A program made the translations under genes and the position numbers. From Chthoniobacterales bacterium (GTDB taxonomy: Bacteria; Verrucomicrobiota; Verrucomicrobiia; Chthoniobacterales; Chthoniobacteraceae): a stretch of DNA of 64,000 nucleotides. The notes beneath the pieces are model-generated. The model had not been told where the DNA came from. It made no database searches and saw nothing but the letters and a program-made list of their open reading frames with translations. Where the stretch lies: NCBI GenBank assembly GCA_038207335.1, contig JBBQZX010000004.1, forward strand, positions 128,001 through 192,000. Reading direction: 5' to 3'. Shown here piece by piece: positions 49,701 through 58,371 of the stretch (positions are counted from its first letter, which is position 1; each line of letters begins with the position of its first letter).

Positions 49701-49868
49701 TCCGCGCTGCTTTTTGAGAAAATGCGGCTACGAATCTCCGAAGAGCCTTACCTCGAAATTCGCGGCGACCTTCAAAAAGTCGAAGGCGTGATCCACGTCA
49801 AAGCCCGCGGGATTTTGCCCCTCTTCATGGAGGAAATTGCAGCCGTACCCTCACACGATTTTCACTAG
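46776..49868 (+). CDS. dnaE2: error-prone DNA polymerase DnaE2
   Basis: YVELHARSACSFLRGAS, GRGSAANS, PDIDLD, PRHLGQHSGG, YGFPESHA, C-terminal SHDFH. Confidence 0.95.
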   Translation: MNYVELHARSACSFLRGASHPEHLAERASELELPAVAVCDRDGLYGAARFFSAAKEHGIRAIVGAELTLECDSVLPVLVQSRTGYRNLCQLITQAKLRGTKTDAPVRIGELAEFAEGLVALTGDEEGPVRRALARNDAAAALSCVEQLTASFGSGNVFIEIQRHLRRGEARENDALRDLAAAAKLPLLATNGVLHATPAERAVLDVFTCARQHTHLDAAGRFLALNDERHLKPAARMTRLFADTPDAIANTLRLADRLDFSLQNLGYEFPKYRVPEGESMDSFLRKMTLDGARGRYGKPDAKVLAQIDHELDLIARLGFSGYFLIVWDLVNFAKSENILVQGRGSAANSVVCYSIGITACDPIACKLLFERFLSEGRTSWPDIDLDLPSGDRRERVIQEVYRRYGQHGAAMTANVISFRGKSAMREIGKALNFPPDVLTRFSHLFGSGDFPHTLDIEAQVAQSGIADTHPRAAAAVALYARIYGLPRHLGQHSGGMIICEGKLSGIVPLENASMPGRVVAQWDKDDCEDLGIIKVDLLGLGMMAAMQDSLEMCAARGHPVALATIPKDDTATFDLLCRADTIGTFQVESRAQIATLPRLQPREFYDVVVEVALIRPGPIQGNMVHPYLKRRRGEERVEFMDERLRPVLERTLGIPLFQEQLLKIAMVMAGFTGSEAEELRRALSFHRSQERMEKVCVKLRAGLARNAVPAGTAERIVQSVQSFAVYGFPESHAISFALIAYASCWMKVHRAPEFYAGLFNNQPMGFYSAATLAKDAKRRGVRIRPVNVLESDWLCTVGADDSLRLGLCYVRGLSHADGERILAERKAVPFASLVDFQLRTLLPKTASRALAKVGALNGLSAHRRTAQWQVEVSRADDDLFATAESSLTPPLRPMNATERLNADYTGTTLTTGPHPMAIIRARVPHLWRAIDLESAANGAHLAIGGMVICRQRPGTAHGVVFISLEDETGIANAIVSALLFEKMRLRISEEPYLEIRGDLQKVEGVIHVKARGILPLFMEEIAAVPSHDFH

Positions 49869-49930
49869 GTGCTGGTCGGTGCAGCTTCCACCGCGGCCAT
49901 CGTCAGCATTCACGAAACCTGACGGATGTG

Positions 49931-50701
49931 TCAGTCCACCCAGATTCCGCGATACACTTTGGGCGCGGCTTTTTCCCGCCGGTCGCCGTAGAAAGGCTGG
50001 AGGGGTGGGCCTCCACGGCCGGGGAGGAGGCGCATACGGCTTAGCGTTTCGAGGTCGAGGCGACCGGTGAGCGGGAGGCGGTTGCGCTGCTGGTAGCCGA
50101 GGAGAGCTTGCTCCAAATCGCCGCTCGGTGCGCCGTCGATGCGCTCGCGGAAGATGCCGTCGCGAGCGAGTAGTCGCTGTGCGTCGCTCACGGTTTTTCG
50201 CTGAACCTGCTCGGGCGCAGTGGCGAAAGGCGTGCGTGAAAAAAGCGCGGCATAATTCCCGCCAGGTGCCATCGGTGGAGGTGCGGACGGGGAAGTGCGC
50301 GACTCGTCCGGAGGCGCGGGCGGGGCTGAGGCTGGTGGCTCCGCTTGCTCCTCGCGACGGAGAAATTGCCGATCGCTTTCGGTGACCGTTTCGCCGCGGC
50401 GCAGATTCACGGGAGGCTCCGCGGAGACAGGCGGCGGCTGTCCTGCGGGAGGCGATGTTTTCCCGGCGAGGCCAAGCGATTCGAGGGTTTGCCGGGTCAG
50501 AGTTCCGGTGACTTCGAGGCCGTTGCGAATCTGGTATCGCTTGAGCGAGGCGGAGGTTTCGGTGGTTAGGTTGCCGTCCACTTCACCATAGAAAAAGCCC
50601 TCGTTCTTGAGTTCAGCCTGCGCGTTTTTTGTGAGGCTGTCAGCATGCGCGAGTGTGGTGGCGAGCAGGAGGAGGCCAGGGAGGACGAAGATTTTTTTCA
50701 T
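49931..50701 (-). CDS. secreted protein with two peptidoglycan-binding domains
   Basis: QAELKNEGFFYGEVDG...YQIRNGLEVTGTL and YQQRNRLPLTGRLD. Confidence 0.85.
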   Translation of the reverse strand: MKKIFVLPGLLLLATTLAHADSLTKNAQAELKNEGFFYGEVDGNLTTETSASLKRYQIRNGLEVTGTLTRQTLESLGLAGKTSPPAGQPPPVSAEPPVNLRRGETVTESDRQFLRREEQAEPPASAPPAPPDESRTSPSAPPPMAPGGNYAALFSRTPFATAPEQVQRKTVSDAQRLLARDGIFRERIDGAPSGDLEQALLGYQQRNRLPLTGRLDLETLSRMRLLPGRGGPPLQPFYGDRREKAAPKVYRGIWVD

Positions 50702-50752
50702 GCGAATCCAGGCGCTTTGACGCCGCGCGGTCGCGGGATATTCACGCCGAAA

Positions 50753-51571
50753 TCAAGGCGAGACGCGGGCGAGACGGGTAGGCCGGTCGTCGCGAGGTTT
50801 CGCTTTTTCAAAACGCATGATGCCCTCCGCAATGGCGGACGCGAGGCGATCGCGATAGGCGGGAGCGGAGAGAAGCCGTGCGTCGAAAACATTGCTCAAA
50901 AATCCACCCTCGACGAGCACCGCCGGCGCGCGGACGTGCCGCACGACGTAGAGGGCTCGGCTGCCAATGCCGCGGTTTGTCGAACTGGTGCGATCAACGA
51001 GCGCGGTCTGGATGAAGGCGGCGAGTTCCTCGCCGTTGTCGAGCGCGGGCGGCTCGGGCGAGCTGAAGAATCCGACCCACGTCCATGCGTTTTCAGGGAG
51101 CACTTTTTCGCGAGCGTAGAATGTCTCCACGCCACTGGCTTCCGAGGCTGAGCTTTGATTGAAGTGGATGCTGACGAAGATCGAATGGTCGATGCGGTTC
51201 GCCAGGTCGGCGCGCTCTTCGAGGCTGACGTGCGTGTCGTCGGTGCGCGTCATTTTTGTCGGGAAGCCGAAGCTTTTGAGCACTTCGGCGAGACGCTTCG
51301 CGACATCGAGCGTGAGGTTTTTCTCGACGAACCCATTGGCCTGCGCACCGTCGTCGCGACCACCGTGGCCGGCATCGATGACGATGGTCGGGAGCCTGCC
51401 GAGCGCCTCGGAAATTCGGCCCGGCGCCGGTTCGTCATCGGGCGCGATGACGAAGGTCAGGCACCCGGCGAGAACGACGAGCCCGACGCATGGCATCGAG
51501 TTTTTCACGGAAAAAAAGTGCCATATCCGCCGCGAGAAGCGAGGCCAGAAATGAGGGCGGCTGTGGGACAT
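50753..51571 (-). CDS. N-acetylmuramoyl-L-alanine amidase (Amidase_3)
   Basis: IVIDAGHGG, EKNLTL, FVSIHFN, AVLVEGGFLSN. Confidence 0.92.
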   Translation of the reverse strand: MSHSRPHFWPRFSRRIWHFFSVKNSMPCVGLVVLAGCLTFVIAPDDEPAPGRISEALGRLPTIVIDAGHGGRDDGAQANGFVEKNLTLDVAKRLAEVLKSFGFPTKMTRTDDTHVSLEERADLANRIDHSIFVSIHFNQSSASEASGVETFYAREKVLPENAWTWVGFFSSPEPPALDNGEELAAFIQTALVDRTSSTNRGIGSRALYVVRHVRAPAVLVEGGFLSNVFDARLLSAPAYRDRLASAIAEGIMRFEKAKPRDDRPTRLARVSP

Positions 51572-51575
51572 ACGC

Positions 51576-52358
51576 TTATTCCTCGTATAGCAGGGCGCGA
51601 ATGGCCGTATCGGTGAGCGGACGCCAAGTCATGGGCGTGGGGGATGCGCGCTCGAGGATGGCGGCTTCGAGCGTGGCGGACGCGAGTTGCTCTTCGCGAT
51701 GGCGGGCGAGTTCGGTGTGAGTCGGGAGGTCTTCGCGCGAGTCGTCGGTGAGCGTGAGGTGGCCGATGAGCCAGGCGTGCAGGGCGACTCCGATGGCGTG
51801 TTTCAGCGTCGTGTCTTCCAGCTTTTGCTCGCGCAAATATCGCTCCATGAGCGACGTCGAAAGCGCCGTACCTGAGACGACGCCGAACTGCTCGAACTCA
51901 CGCGCGAACGGTCCGCCATTCGTGTGGATCGAGCCGTCGTATTCGAGGCGGAGGAAAAGATTCGGCGCGTCGCCGCGGCCGACTTCGGCGAAGAGGAGAC
52001 GCGTGAGATACGGCGGCCCATAGATCTGCTCGAACGCGGCCTTAAGCGCGGGGCTGAGGGAGTAATTCGCGAGGCGACGCAGCGAGACATCGTGGGGCGA
52101 GCGCGCGAAGCCCTCGGTGCTCGTGAGTTCGATCGAGGACATGCGCAGCCGTTCGAGATCGCCCGGATGCCCGATGCCGCCCATCGCGATACGATCGTAG
52201 ATTTCAAACAGCTTCTGCCGCTCGCGCCCGAGTGTGAAAAGCAGCACGCCGTCGCGATACGTGACCGCCGCGATGGGACTGCCGCCCGCGAGCTGATGCT
52301 CGATGTATTCGCGGCGATTCGCGATCGCCTCGACCCAGCGATATGGCTCCTCGGTCAC
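51576..52358 (-). CDS. prcA: 20S proteasome alpha subunit
   Basis: RREYIEHQLAGGSP, KLFEIYDRIAMGGIG, LEYDGS; coupled to the beta subunit. Confidence 0.85.
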   Translation of the reverse strand: MTEEPYRWVEAIANRREYIEHQLAGGSPIAAVTYRDGVLLFTLGRERQKLFEIYDRIAMGGIGHPGDLERLRMSSIELTSTEGFARSPHDVSLRRLANYSLSPALKAAFEQIYGPPYLTRLLFAEVGRGDAPNLFLRLEYDGSIHTNGGPFAREFEQFGVVSGTALSTSLMERYLREQKLEDTTLKHAIGVALHAWLIGHLTLTDDSREDLPTHTELARHREEQLASATLEAAILERASPTPMTWRPLTDTAIRALLYEE

Positions 52359-53158
52359 GAGACTTTCTCCTTGAACATCCGCGCGAGCTGCTTCTCCGAC
52401 AAAGTTGCGATGCCGCGGCGCGTCACCGTTTTCACGATCGGATACACGCGTCCGCGCCGATCGACGCCGCCGGTGGCGGTGTCAGTCTCCGCCGCGGTGT
52501 CGAGCGTGCGTAGCGCGAGCAGCACGGCTTCGGGCTCCTTCATTTTGCGCAGCGGTTTTTTCCCCCACGTATTTTCGTAGTGGAGAATGCTGCGCACCGA
52601 GCCGGAGCCGGAGCCGCTCGCGGCGTAATCGGCGGCCTCGAATTGCGCGCCCATCGCGTCGTAAAAATAAAGACGCGCCGCATCGGCATCCGTGTCGAAA
52701 GTCGCGAACAGGGGCACCACGACGCCGACGCCTTGCATCACAAATCCGAGATTGTCGCGGAGCAGCTTCGAAAGCGCGCGCACCTTTCCCTCGTGGCTCA
52801 TTTCCTGGAGCTGGCTGCGGCGGTAAAATTGAAACGAATGCTCGAGCACACGCGCCATTTCCCAAGCAGTCGCCGGCACGCCCGCGATGGCCATGAGCGA
52901 GTGGCTGTCGATTTCGAGCACTTTGTCCGCGCGATCATACACGACGAGATTTCCCGCCGTCGCGCGCCGGTCGCCCGCGACGAGAACGCCGTCGGCAAAT
53001 TTAAACGCCAAAATCGTGGTCGCCTGCGTTTGCTCAGGCGCGGGAGTATGGGCTGCAAAACCTGTGGCAGCGGGGCTCGGCGGGTAGAGGCCGTGCCGCC
53101 GGAGCATCCCAGCGAAGTCTTCCGACGCGGCGGCTCCAGCCACGGGCGAGGCGTCCAT
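52355..53158 (-). CDS. prcB: 20S proteasome beta subunit with propeptide
   Basis: QA/TTILAFKFADGVLVAGDRRATAG (Thr1), ASGSGS, DTATGG. Confidence 0.92.
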   Translation of the reverse strand: MDASPVAGAAASEDFAGMLRRHGLYPPSPAATGFAAHTPAPEQTQATTILAFKFADGVLVAGDRRATAGNLVVYDRADKVLEIDSHSLMAIAGVPATAWEMARVLEHSFQFYRRSQLQEMSHEGKVRALSKLLRDNLGFVMQGVGVVVPLFATFDTDADAARLYFYDAMGAQFEAADYAASGSGSGSVRSILHYENTWGKKPLRKMKEPEAVLLALRTLDTAAETDTATGGVDRRGRVYPIVKTVTRRGIATLSEKQLARMFKEKVS

Positions 53159-53334
53159 TACTGTCCCGTCCGCTGGCGGTATCGCTGCGATTGATTCGGG
53201 TCCACACGGCGCATTCGCTGGAGCAAATCTTTCGTGTCAGGCTTTGAAACGTCGGGGCTTTTCGGCCCGTCGCCTTCGCCCTTCTTCGGCTCCCAAGGCG
53301 CGGGCCCAGTCGGTCGTTGCGTCCGTTCAGGCAT
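53158..53334 (-). CDS. ubact: ubiquitin-like protein UBact (58 aa, below the ORF-track cutoff)
   Basis: Manual translation MPERTQRPTGPAPWEPKKGEGDGPKSPDVSKPDTKDLLQRMRRVDPNQSQRYRQRTGQ*; C-terminal R[ST]G[EQ]; TAATG overlap with prcB. Confidence 0.92.
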   Translation of the reverse strand: MPERTQRPTGPAPWEPKKGEGDGPKSPDVSKPDTKDLLQRMRRVDPNQSQRYRQRTGQ

Positions 53335-53452
53335 GGCTGGAACTTTATGAACCGCGACTCAAAACGCAAGGCCCGCCCGCGCCGACGCCGCGGCGCGATA
53401 TGTAGATAATCGTGCGGCTGCACTTGCCAGTTTCCCCAGAAAATGAGAACCA

Positions 53453-53899
53453 ATGAACATGAGGCGATTGATCCCGATTTTACTACTCCTCTCTCTGCTC
53501 CCGCTCGTGCGCGGCGCGGACGAGGCGGAATCCGTCGAGCTCCGCGAAATCCGCGAACTGCTCGTCCAGCAAGCCAAAAAGATCGAAACGCTCGCGGGAC
53601 AGGTCGCGAAATTGACTCAAACGATCGAAGCTCAAAAAGAAACCGCCGCGGCACAAGCCCCCGCCGCAGCCGAGCCCGCTCCGGAAGCGCCGGTGCCGCG
53701 CGCCGAGGCCGTGGAGCCCGCCCCGCGACATGTGGTGGAGAAAGGCGAGACATTGACCTCCATCGCAAAGCACTACAACATCACTATTTCCGAGCTGCAG
53801 AACTTGAATAAAATCACCGACGGGCGGAAATTGCAGATCGGACAGTCTCTCATCATCCCCGCGCCAAAAGCGCCTGAACCCCCCGCCGATAAAAAGTAA
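53453..53899 (+). CDS. secreted coiled-coil plus LysM protein
   Basis: HVVEKGETLTSIAKHYNITISELQNLN...LQIGQSLIIP. Confidence 0.9.
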   Translation: MNMRRLIPILLLLSLLPLVRGADEAESVELREIRELLVQQAKKIETLAGQVAKLTQTIEAQKETAAAQAPAAAEPAPEAPVPRAEAVEPAPRHVVEKGETLTSIAKHYNITISELQNLNKITDGRKLQIGQSLIIPAPKAPEPPADKK

Positions 53900-53909
53900 T
53901 TTTCTGAAC

Positions 53910-54428
53910 ATGGACGAGTCGCAACGCTGGTATCTTTTGAAACATGACGACGGGTCGCTTTTCGGTCCCATCGGCTTCGAGCAGTTGAAACAATGGGCGG
54001 TCGAGGCGCAGATTTCGCCGTTGGATAAGGTCTCCAACGACGAGAAAAACTGGGTGAAATCGCCGATGATCCCCGACCTCGAAATGGACTATTTGGTCGA
54101 GGTGAGCCCCGATCAATTTTACGGACCGACGACCATCGGGGCGGTGCGCGAGTTTCTGCAGATGGGCGAAATCGGAAGCGAAACGCGCATCACGAATTGT
54201 CGCGACGGTAGCGAGCGGCTCGTGAATGAAATCCCGGAACTCGCCACGCAGGCGACTGAGGAAGAGCAGCCAATCCGTACAAGCAGCATCCGGCGCAATT
54301 TGCAACAGCGCATTCGCGAACTCGAAGAGGCGTTGCTCGACGAGCGCCGCGGACGCGAATCCGCGGAATCAATGGTGGACAAGCTCGAGGCGAAACTCGC
54401 GAGCGTGAGCCGCGCCGCTTCGCTGTAA
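53910..54428 (+). CDS. GYF-like (DUF4339) domain protein with C-terminal coiled coil
   Basis: WYL...FGPIGFEQLKQW and FYGPTTIGAV repeats. Confidence 0.6.
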   Translation: MDESQRWYLLKHDDGSLFGPIGFEQLKQWAVEAQISPLDKVSNDEKNWVKSPMIPDLEMDYLVEVSPDQFYGPTTIGAVREFLQMGEIGSETRITNCRDGSERLVNEIPELATQATEEEQPIRTSSIRRNLQQRIRELEEALLDERRGRESAESMVDKLEAKLASVSRAASL

Positions 54429-54449
54429 ACGGTCGCAATCTTTTCAGAC

Positions 54450-54486
54450 AGCCCGCCATTTCGCGAGGAATGGCGGGCTTTTTCTT
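54450..54486 (+). terminator. intrinsic terminator
   Basis: AGCCCGCCATT-loop-AATGGCGGGCT followed by TTTTCTT. Confidence 0.85.
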
Positions 54487-54561
54487 GCTTGTCGGATTCT
54501 GATTTCCGCTGGGCGAGATCGGCGCGCGTTTTGGAGGCGCGACGACTCCCAATCGATGGAG

Positions 54562-55203
54562 TTATTTCGCCGGGGCTGCGGGCGGCGGCTCCGGCGCGGG
54601 CGTGGAGGGCTCGGGAGTTGCCGGTTTTGGCTCGGCAGCAGGTGCAGGAGCCGCAGCAGGCTCGGCGACAGGCGGCTTTGGCTCGACCGGCGCGGCGTTT
54701 GCGGGCTTTTCCAGCGCAGGTGCAGACGGTGCCGGATCTTCAGGTTTCGGCTGGCTCGCAGGCGCCGGTGCAGCGGGCATTTTCTCGGGCGCGACAGGCG
54801 CGGGGTTTTCCGCTGGAGCAGCGGGCTGAACGGGCGGCGTTGTAGCCTCGGGTGTCGTCGGAATCGCAGCGGGCACCGGAACCACTGGTGCAGGCGTCGC
54901 GGGAGCTGGCGGGATGACCGTCGGCGCGGTGAGCTTTTGGTGAATCGCGCTCTGGATACGCGTCTGTTTCACGTAGAGGCTCGAGAGCAAAAGCGTGAGG
55001 ACGAAGAAAATCCCGGCGAGCCAGCGGGTGATCGTCTGGAGCACATTCGTCGTCTGCGCGCCGAACAAATTGTCCGTCATCCCGCCGCCGAATGCCGCGC
55101 CGAGACCTTCATTTTTCGGGCGCTGCATGAGCACCAGCAGGACGATGAGCAGCGAGACTAAAATGTGAATCGCGAGCAAAAAATTGATAACAATCGGCAA
55201 CAT
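54562..55203 (-). CDS. secG: preprotein translocase subunit SecG with long Pro/Ala-rich tail
   Basis: LVLMQRPKNEGLGAAFGGG..DNLFGAQTTNVLQTITRWL. Confidence 0.92.
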   Translation of the reverse strand: MLPIVINFLLAIHILVSLLIVLLVLMQRPKNEGLGAAFGGGMTDNLFGAQTTNVLQTITRWLAGIFFVLTLLLSSLYVKQTRIQSAIHQKLTAPTVIPPAPATPAPVVPVPAAIPTTPEATTPPVQPAAPAENPAPVAPEKMPAAPAPASQPKPEDPAPSAPALEKPANAAPVEPKPPVAEPAAAPAPAAEPKPATPEPSTPAPEPPPAAPAK

Positions 55204-55357
55204 GGGGCGCGGAATATGGGGGAAACACCCCGACCTGTAAAATGAAGTTTGTGCGTTTCAAGCGGCCCCTCATTCTGCCTGCAACTGCGGCAAATTTTCC
55301 GCACCCGCACCACAAAACTAAGACTCACTCTCTTCGTAGATTGACCGCCAGACACCC

Positions 55358-56677
55358 ATGAAATCGCCCCTCCCGTTCCTCGCCCTCTCAATTCTCTGCA
55401 CCCTCGCCGCGCGCGCGGAAAACTGGGCGCAATGGCGCGGTCCCGCCTTTAACGGCTCTTCGCCCGAAACCAATCTGCCCTCAAGCTGGAGTGCAACGGA
55501 CGGCGTCAAATGGAGCGCGCCCCTGCCCGGTCCGAGCGGTGCGACGCCCGCAATTTGGGGCGATTCGATTTTCGTCTCCAGCACCGATGCAAGCAAAAAT
55601 CTGCTCCTCCTCTGCCTTGATCGGAAAGACGGGAAGGTGCGTTGGCAAAAGAATATCGTCGAAGGCGGGAACATCGACAAAGGCCGCGGCAACATGGCAT
55701 CGCCGTCACCGGTCACCGATGGCAAAACGGTCTTCGCGCTTTACGGCACAAGCCACCTCGCCGCGTTCGATTTCGACGGGCAGGAGTTGTGGCGGCGCGA
55801 CCTCGGAGCCGATTACGGGAAGTTCGCCATCATGTGGACCTACGGCTCCAGTCCGCTGCTTTTCGGAGGAAAACTCTACGTCCAAGTGCTCCAGCGATCA
55901 CCCGCCCCGGCTGATTATCCCGGCCTCGCCGGTGCCGCAGGCGACAGGGAGAGCTACCTCCTCGCGCTCGATCCCGCGACCGGAAAAAGCCTCTGGAAGC
56001 AAGTCCGTGCCACCGACGCAAAACTCGAATCTTCCGAGAGCTACGCCTCGCCAATTCCACATGTCGTCCCCGGTGCGAAACCGCAAATCCTGCTCGTCGG
56101 CGGCGACTGCCTCACCGGCCACGACGCGGAAACCGGTGCGGAGTTGTGGCGCGGATTCGGGATCAACCGCAAGCGCGGCGAATGGATGCGCGTCGTCTCG
56201 AGCCCCGTCAGCGCCGCTGGATTTGCCATAGCGTGCGGGCCGAAAAAAGAGCAGCTCCTCGCCTTTCGCACCGACATGAAAGGCGACATCACAGAAAGCG
56301 GAATCGCGTGGGCTTTCGACGAAAAAAAGACGCCGGACGTCTGCACGCCCGCCATCTACGATGGAAAGCTGCTCGTGCTGGACGGCGACTCGCAGACGCT
56401 CACCTGCCTCGATCCGAAGACCGGCGTAAAGAAGTGGCAGGGCAACCTCGGCGACCGCACAGTCGTCCGCAGTTCGCCGACAGCGGCGGACGGCAAACTC
56501 TACGTGATCAACGAAAAAGGGACGGTCTTCGTCTGCGGCATCGGCGATGAATTCAAACTCCTCGCAACCATCCCAATGGGCGGCGCGGAAGGTACGCGCT
56601 CCTCGATCGCCGTTTCCGACGGCGAGCTTTTCATCCGCACCACCGACGCGCTGCACTGCATCGGAAAATCGAAATAG
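55358..56677 (+). CDS. PQQ-like beta-propeller repeat protein (PVC-expanded family)
   Basis: ENWAQWRGP, ASPSPVTDG, YGSSPLL, SSPTAADGKLY. Confidence 0.85.
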   Translation: MKSPLPFLALSILCTLAARAENWAQWRGPAFNGSSPETNLPSSWSATDGVKWSAPLPGPSGATPAIWGDSIFVSSTDASKNLLLLCLDRKDGKVRWQKNIVEGGNIDKGRGNMASPSPVTDGKTVFALYGTSHLAAFDFDGQELWRRDLGADYGKFAIMWTYGSSPLLFGGKLYVQVLQRSPAPADYPGLAGAAGDRESYLLALDPATGKSLWKQVRATDAKLESSESYASPIPHVVPGAKPQILLVGGDCLTGHDAETGAELWRGFGINRKRGEWMRVVSSPVSAAGFAIACGPKKEQLLAFRTDMKGDITESGIAWAFDEKKTPDVCTPAIYDGKLLVLDGDSQTLTCLDPKTGVKKWQGNLGDRTVVRSSPTAADGKLYVINEKGTVFVCGIGDEFKLLATIPMGGAEGTRSSIAVSDGELFIRTTDALHCIGKSK

Positions 56678-56708
56678 CGAAGTCGGGCTCCAGCCGCGCT
56701 ATCACGCG

Positions 56709-57632
56709 TTACTCCTTTTCGGATTTCTCGTGCGCCGCGTGATTGGTCTCCCAGCGGGCGAGCGATTCATCGTGAAGATGGCGCCGGCGGGAGAGCTTTG
56801 AGATGAGGCCGTAGCGGGGGCTGAAAAAGTAGGCGCAGAGAAAAATGAAACCCAGCACGAGCACGATACACGCGCCTGAGGGGAGATTGAGCCAGTAGGA
56901 GACGAAGAGGCCGGCTGAGGAGCCCAGCATTCCGACGAGCGCGCCGCCCCAAAACATGGCGGCAAAGGAGTCGGAGAAAAGGTAGATGGAGGCCGCAGGC
57001 GCAATGAGCATCCCCAGCGCGAGGATGACCCCCACGGCTTGCAGCGAGGAGATCATGGAAAGGACGAGCAGGCCGATGAGCAGGTAGTTCAGGAGCCGAG
57101 TGCGAACACCCTGGCTTGCGGCGACCGAGGGCTCGAACATCATCAAAAGCAACGGGCGCTGGAAGGCGACGAGCAGCGGCAGGACGATGAGGCTGATGAA
57201 GTAGATGATCCATAGGTCTGCATCGGCGAGACCCAGGATATTTCCGAAGAGGTAATGGGTGACATTGACCTGCGACGGGGAGTAGTTCAGCAGCACGAGA
57301 CCCAGCGAGAAGGAGCACGCAAAGAGCAGGCCGAGCGAGGTGTCTTCCTTGATCCGCGAGCTACCGGAGATGATCTGCACACCCGCGGCGACTAGCAGAG
57401 CGGCGACCAGCGCACCGGCGAAAAGGGTTCCCGGCGTGAGGCCGAAAAGGATGAGTGCCACGGCAACTCCTGGGAGGAGCGAGTGGGCGATGGCATCGGC
57501 CATGAGCGCCAGTCGGCGCAGGACGATGAAGGCGCTGAGCGCGCCATTCACAAAGCCGATGAGCGCGCATCCGAAGAGCGCGCGCAGCATGAATTCGTGC
57601 TGGAAAGGTTCAAGCAGCCACGCCGTGGTCAT
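56709..57632 (-). CDS. Zn/Mn ABC transporter permease
   Basis: LMADAIAHSLLPG, YLFGNIL, LQAVGVIL..MLIAPAA. Confidence 0.92.
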   Translation of the reverse strand: MTTAWLLEPFQHEFMLRALFGCALIGFVNGALSAFIVLRRLALMADAIAHSLLPGVAVALILFGLTPGTLFAGALVAALLVAAGVQIISGSSRIKEDTSLGLLFACSFSLGLVLLNYSPSQVNVTHYLFGNILGLADADLWIIYFISLIVLPLLVAFQRPLLLMMFEPSVAASQGVRTRLLNYLLIGLLVLSMISSLQAVGVILALGMLIAPAASIYLFSDSFAAMFWGGALVGMLGSSAGLFVSYWLNLPSGACIVLVLGFIFLCAYFFSPRYGLISKLSRRRHLHDESLARWETNHAAHEKSEKE

Positions 57633-58362
57633 GAGTGCCTCCTGAGAAGATGTGAGTGTGAAAGGTCTTCGTGATGTTCGTCTCGTGGAAGACCTCCGTG
57701 GTGTCTCCGAAGGCGATGAGTTCGCCGTTGAGGAAGATGACTTGGTCGAAAAGTTCGGGGACGGACTTGAGGTCGTGGTGGGAGCCGATCACGAGGTTTC
57801 CAGCATCCGCGAGTTTATGGATGGTCTGTCCGAGCAGCTCTTGCGCGGGCTTGTCGAGGCCGGTGAAAGGTTCATCGAGCAGGAAGACGTGGGCGTTTTG
57901 GGCGAGTGCGCGTGCGATGAATGCGCGCTGCTGCTGACCACCCGAAAGCGCGCTGATTTGGCGGTCCGCGAGGTCTTCGAGTTCCATGAGGTGCATGGCT
58001 TCATCGACTGCTTCGGCGTCTTTCTTTGCAAAGGTGCGCCACCAGCCGAGCCGGACGTAGCGGCCCATCTCGACGAGGCCGCGGACGGTCGTGGGAAAAT
58101 CCCAGTCGATCATGCTGCGCTGTGGGAGGTAGGCGATGTCGCCGTTCTTCGCGGCGTTGCCGTGGCCTCCGAATTCGATGGAGCCTGTTTCCAGCGGCAC
58201 GAGACCTACAAGCGCCTTGAGCAGGGAAGTCTTGCCCGCGCCGTTCGGTCCGAGCAGGGCGATGCGGTGGCCGCAGTGGAGTTCGAGGTTCAGATGGTGA
58301 ACCGCAGGCACGCGCTTGTAGCTCACGGTCAGATCGCGGATGTCGAGTTGGTGCGAAGACAC
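57610..58362 (-). CDS. Zn/Mn ABC transporter ATPase
   Basis: GPNGAGKT, LSGGQQQRAFIARAL, LLDEPFTGLD. Confidence 0.93.
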   Translation of the reverse strand: MSSHQLDIRDLTVSYKRVPAVHHLNLELHCGHRIALLGPNGAGKTSLLKALVGLVPLETGSIEFGGHGNAAKNGDIAYLPQRSMIDWDFPTTVRGLVEMGRYVRLGWWRTFAKKDAEAVDEAMHLMELEDLADRQISALSGGQQQRAFIARALAQNAHVFLLDEPFTGLDKPAQELLGQTIHKLADAGNLVIGSHHDLKSVPELFDQVIFLNGELIAFGDTTEVFHETNITKTFHTHIFSGGTHDHGVAA

Positions 58363-58371
58363 GGCGCTAGT

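Noticed and set aside
54487..54561. tRNA-Leu often found after secG
   Set aside because: No cloverleaf or TTCGA T-loop motif visible.
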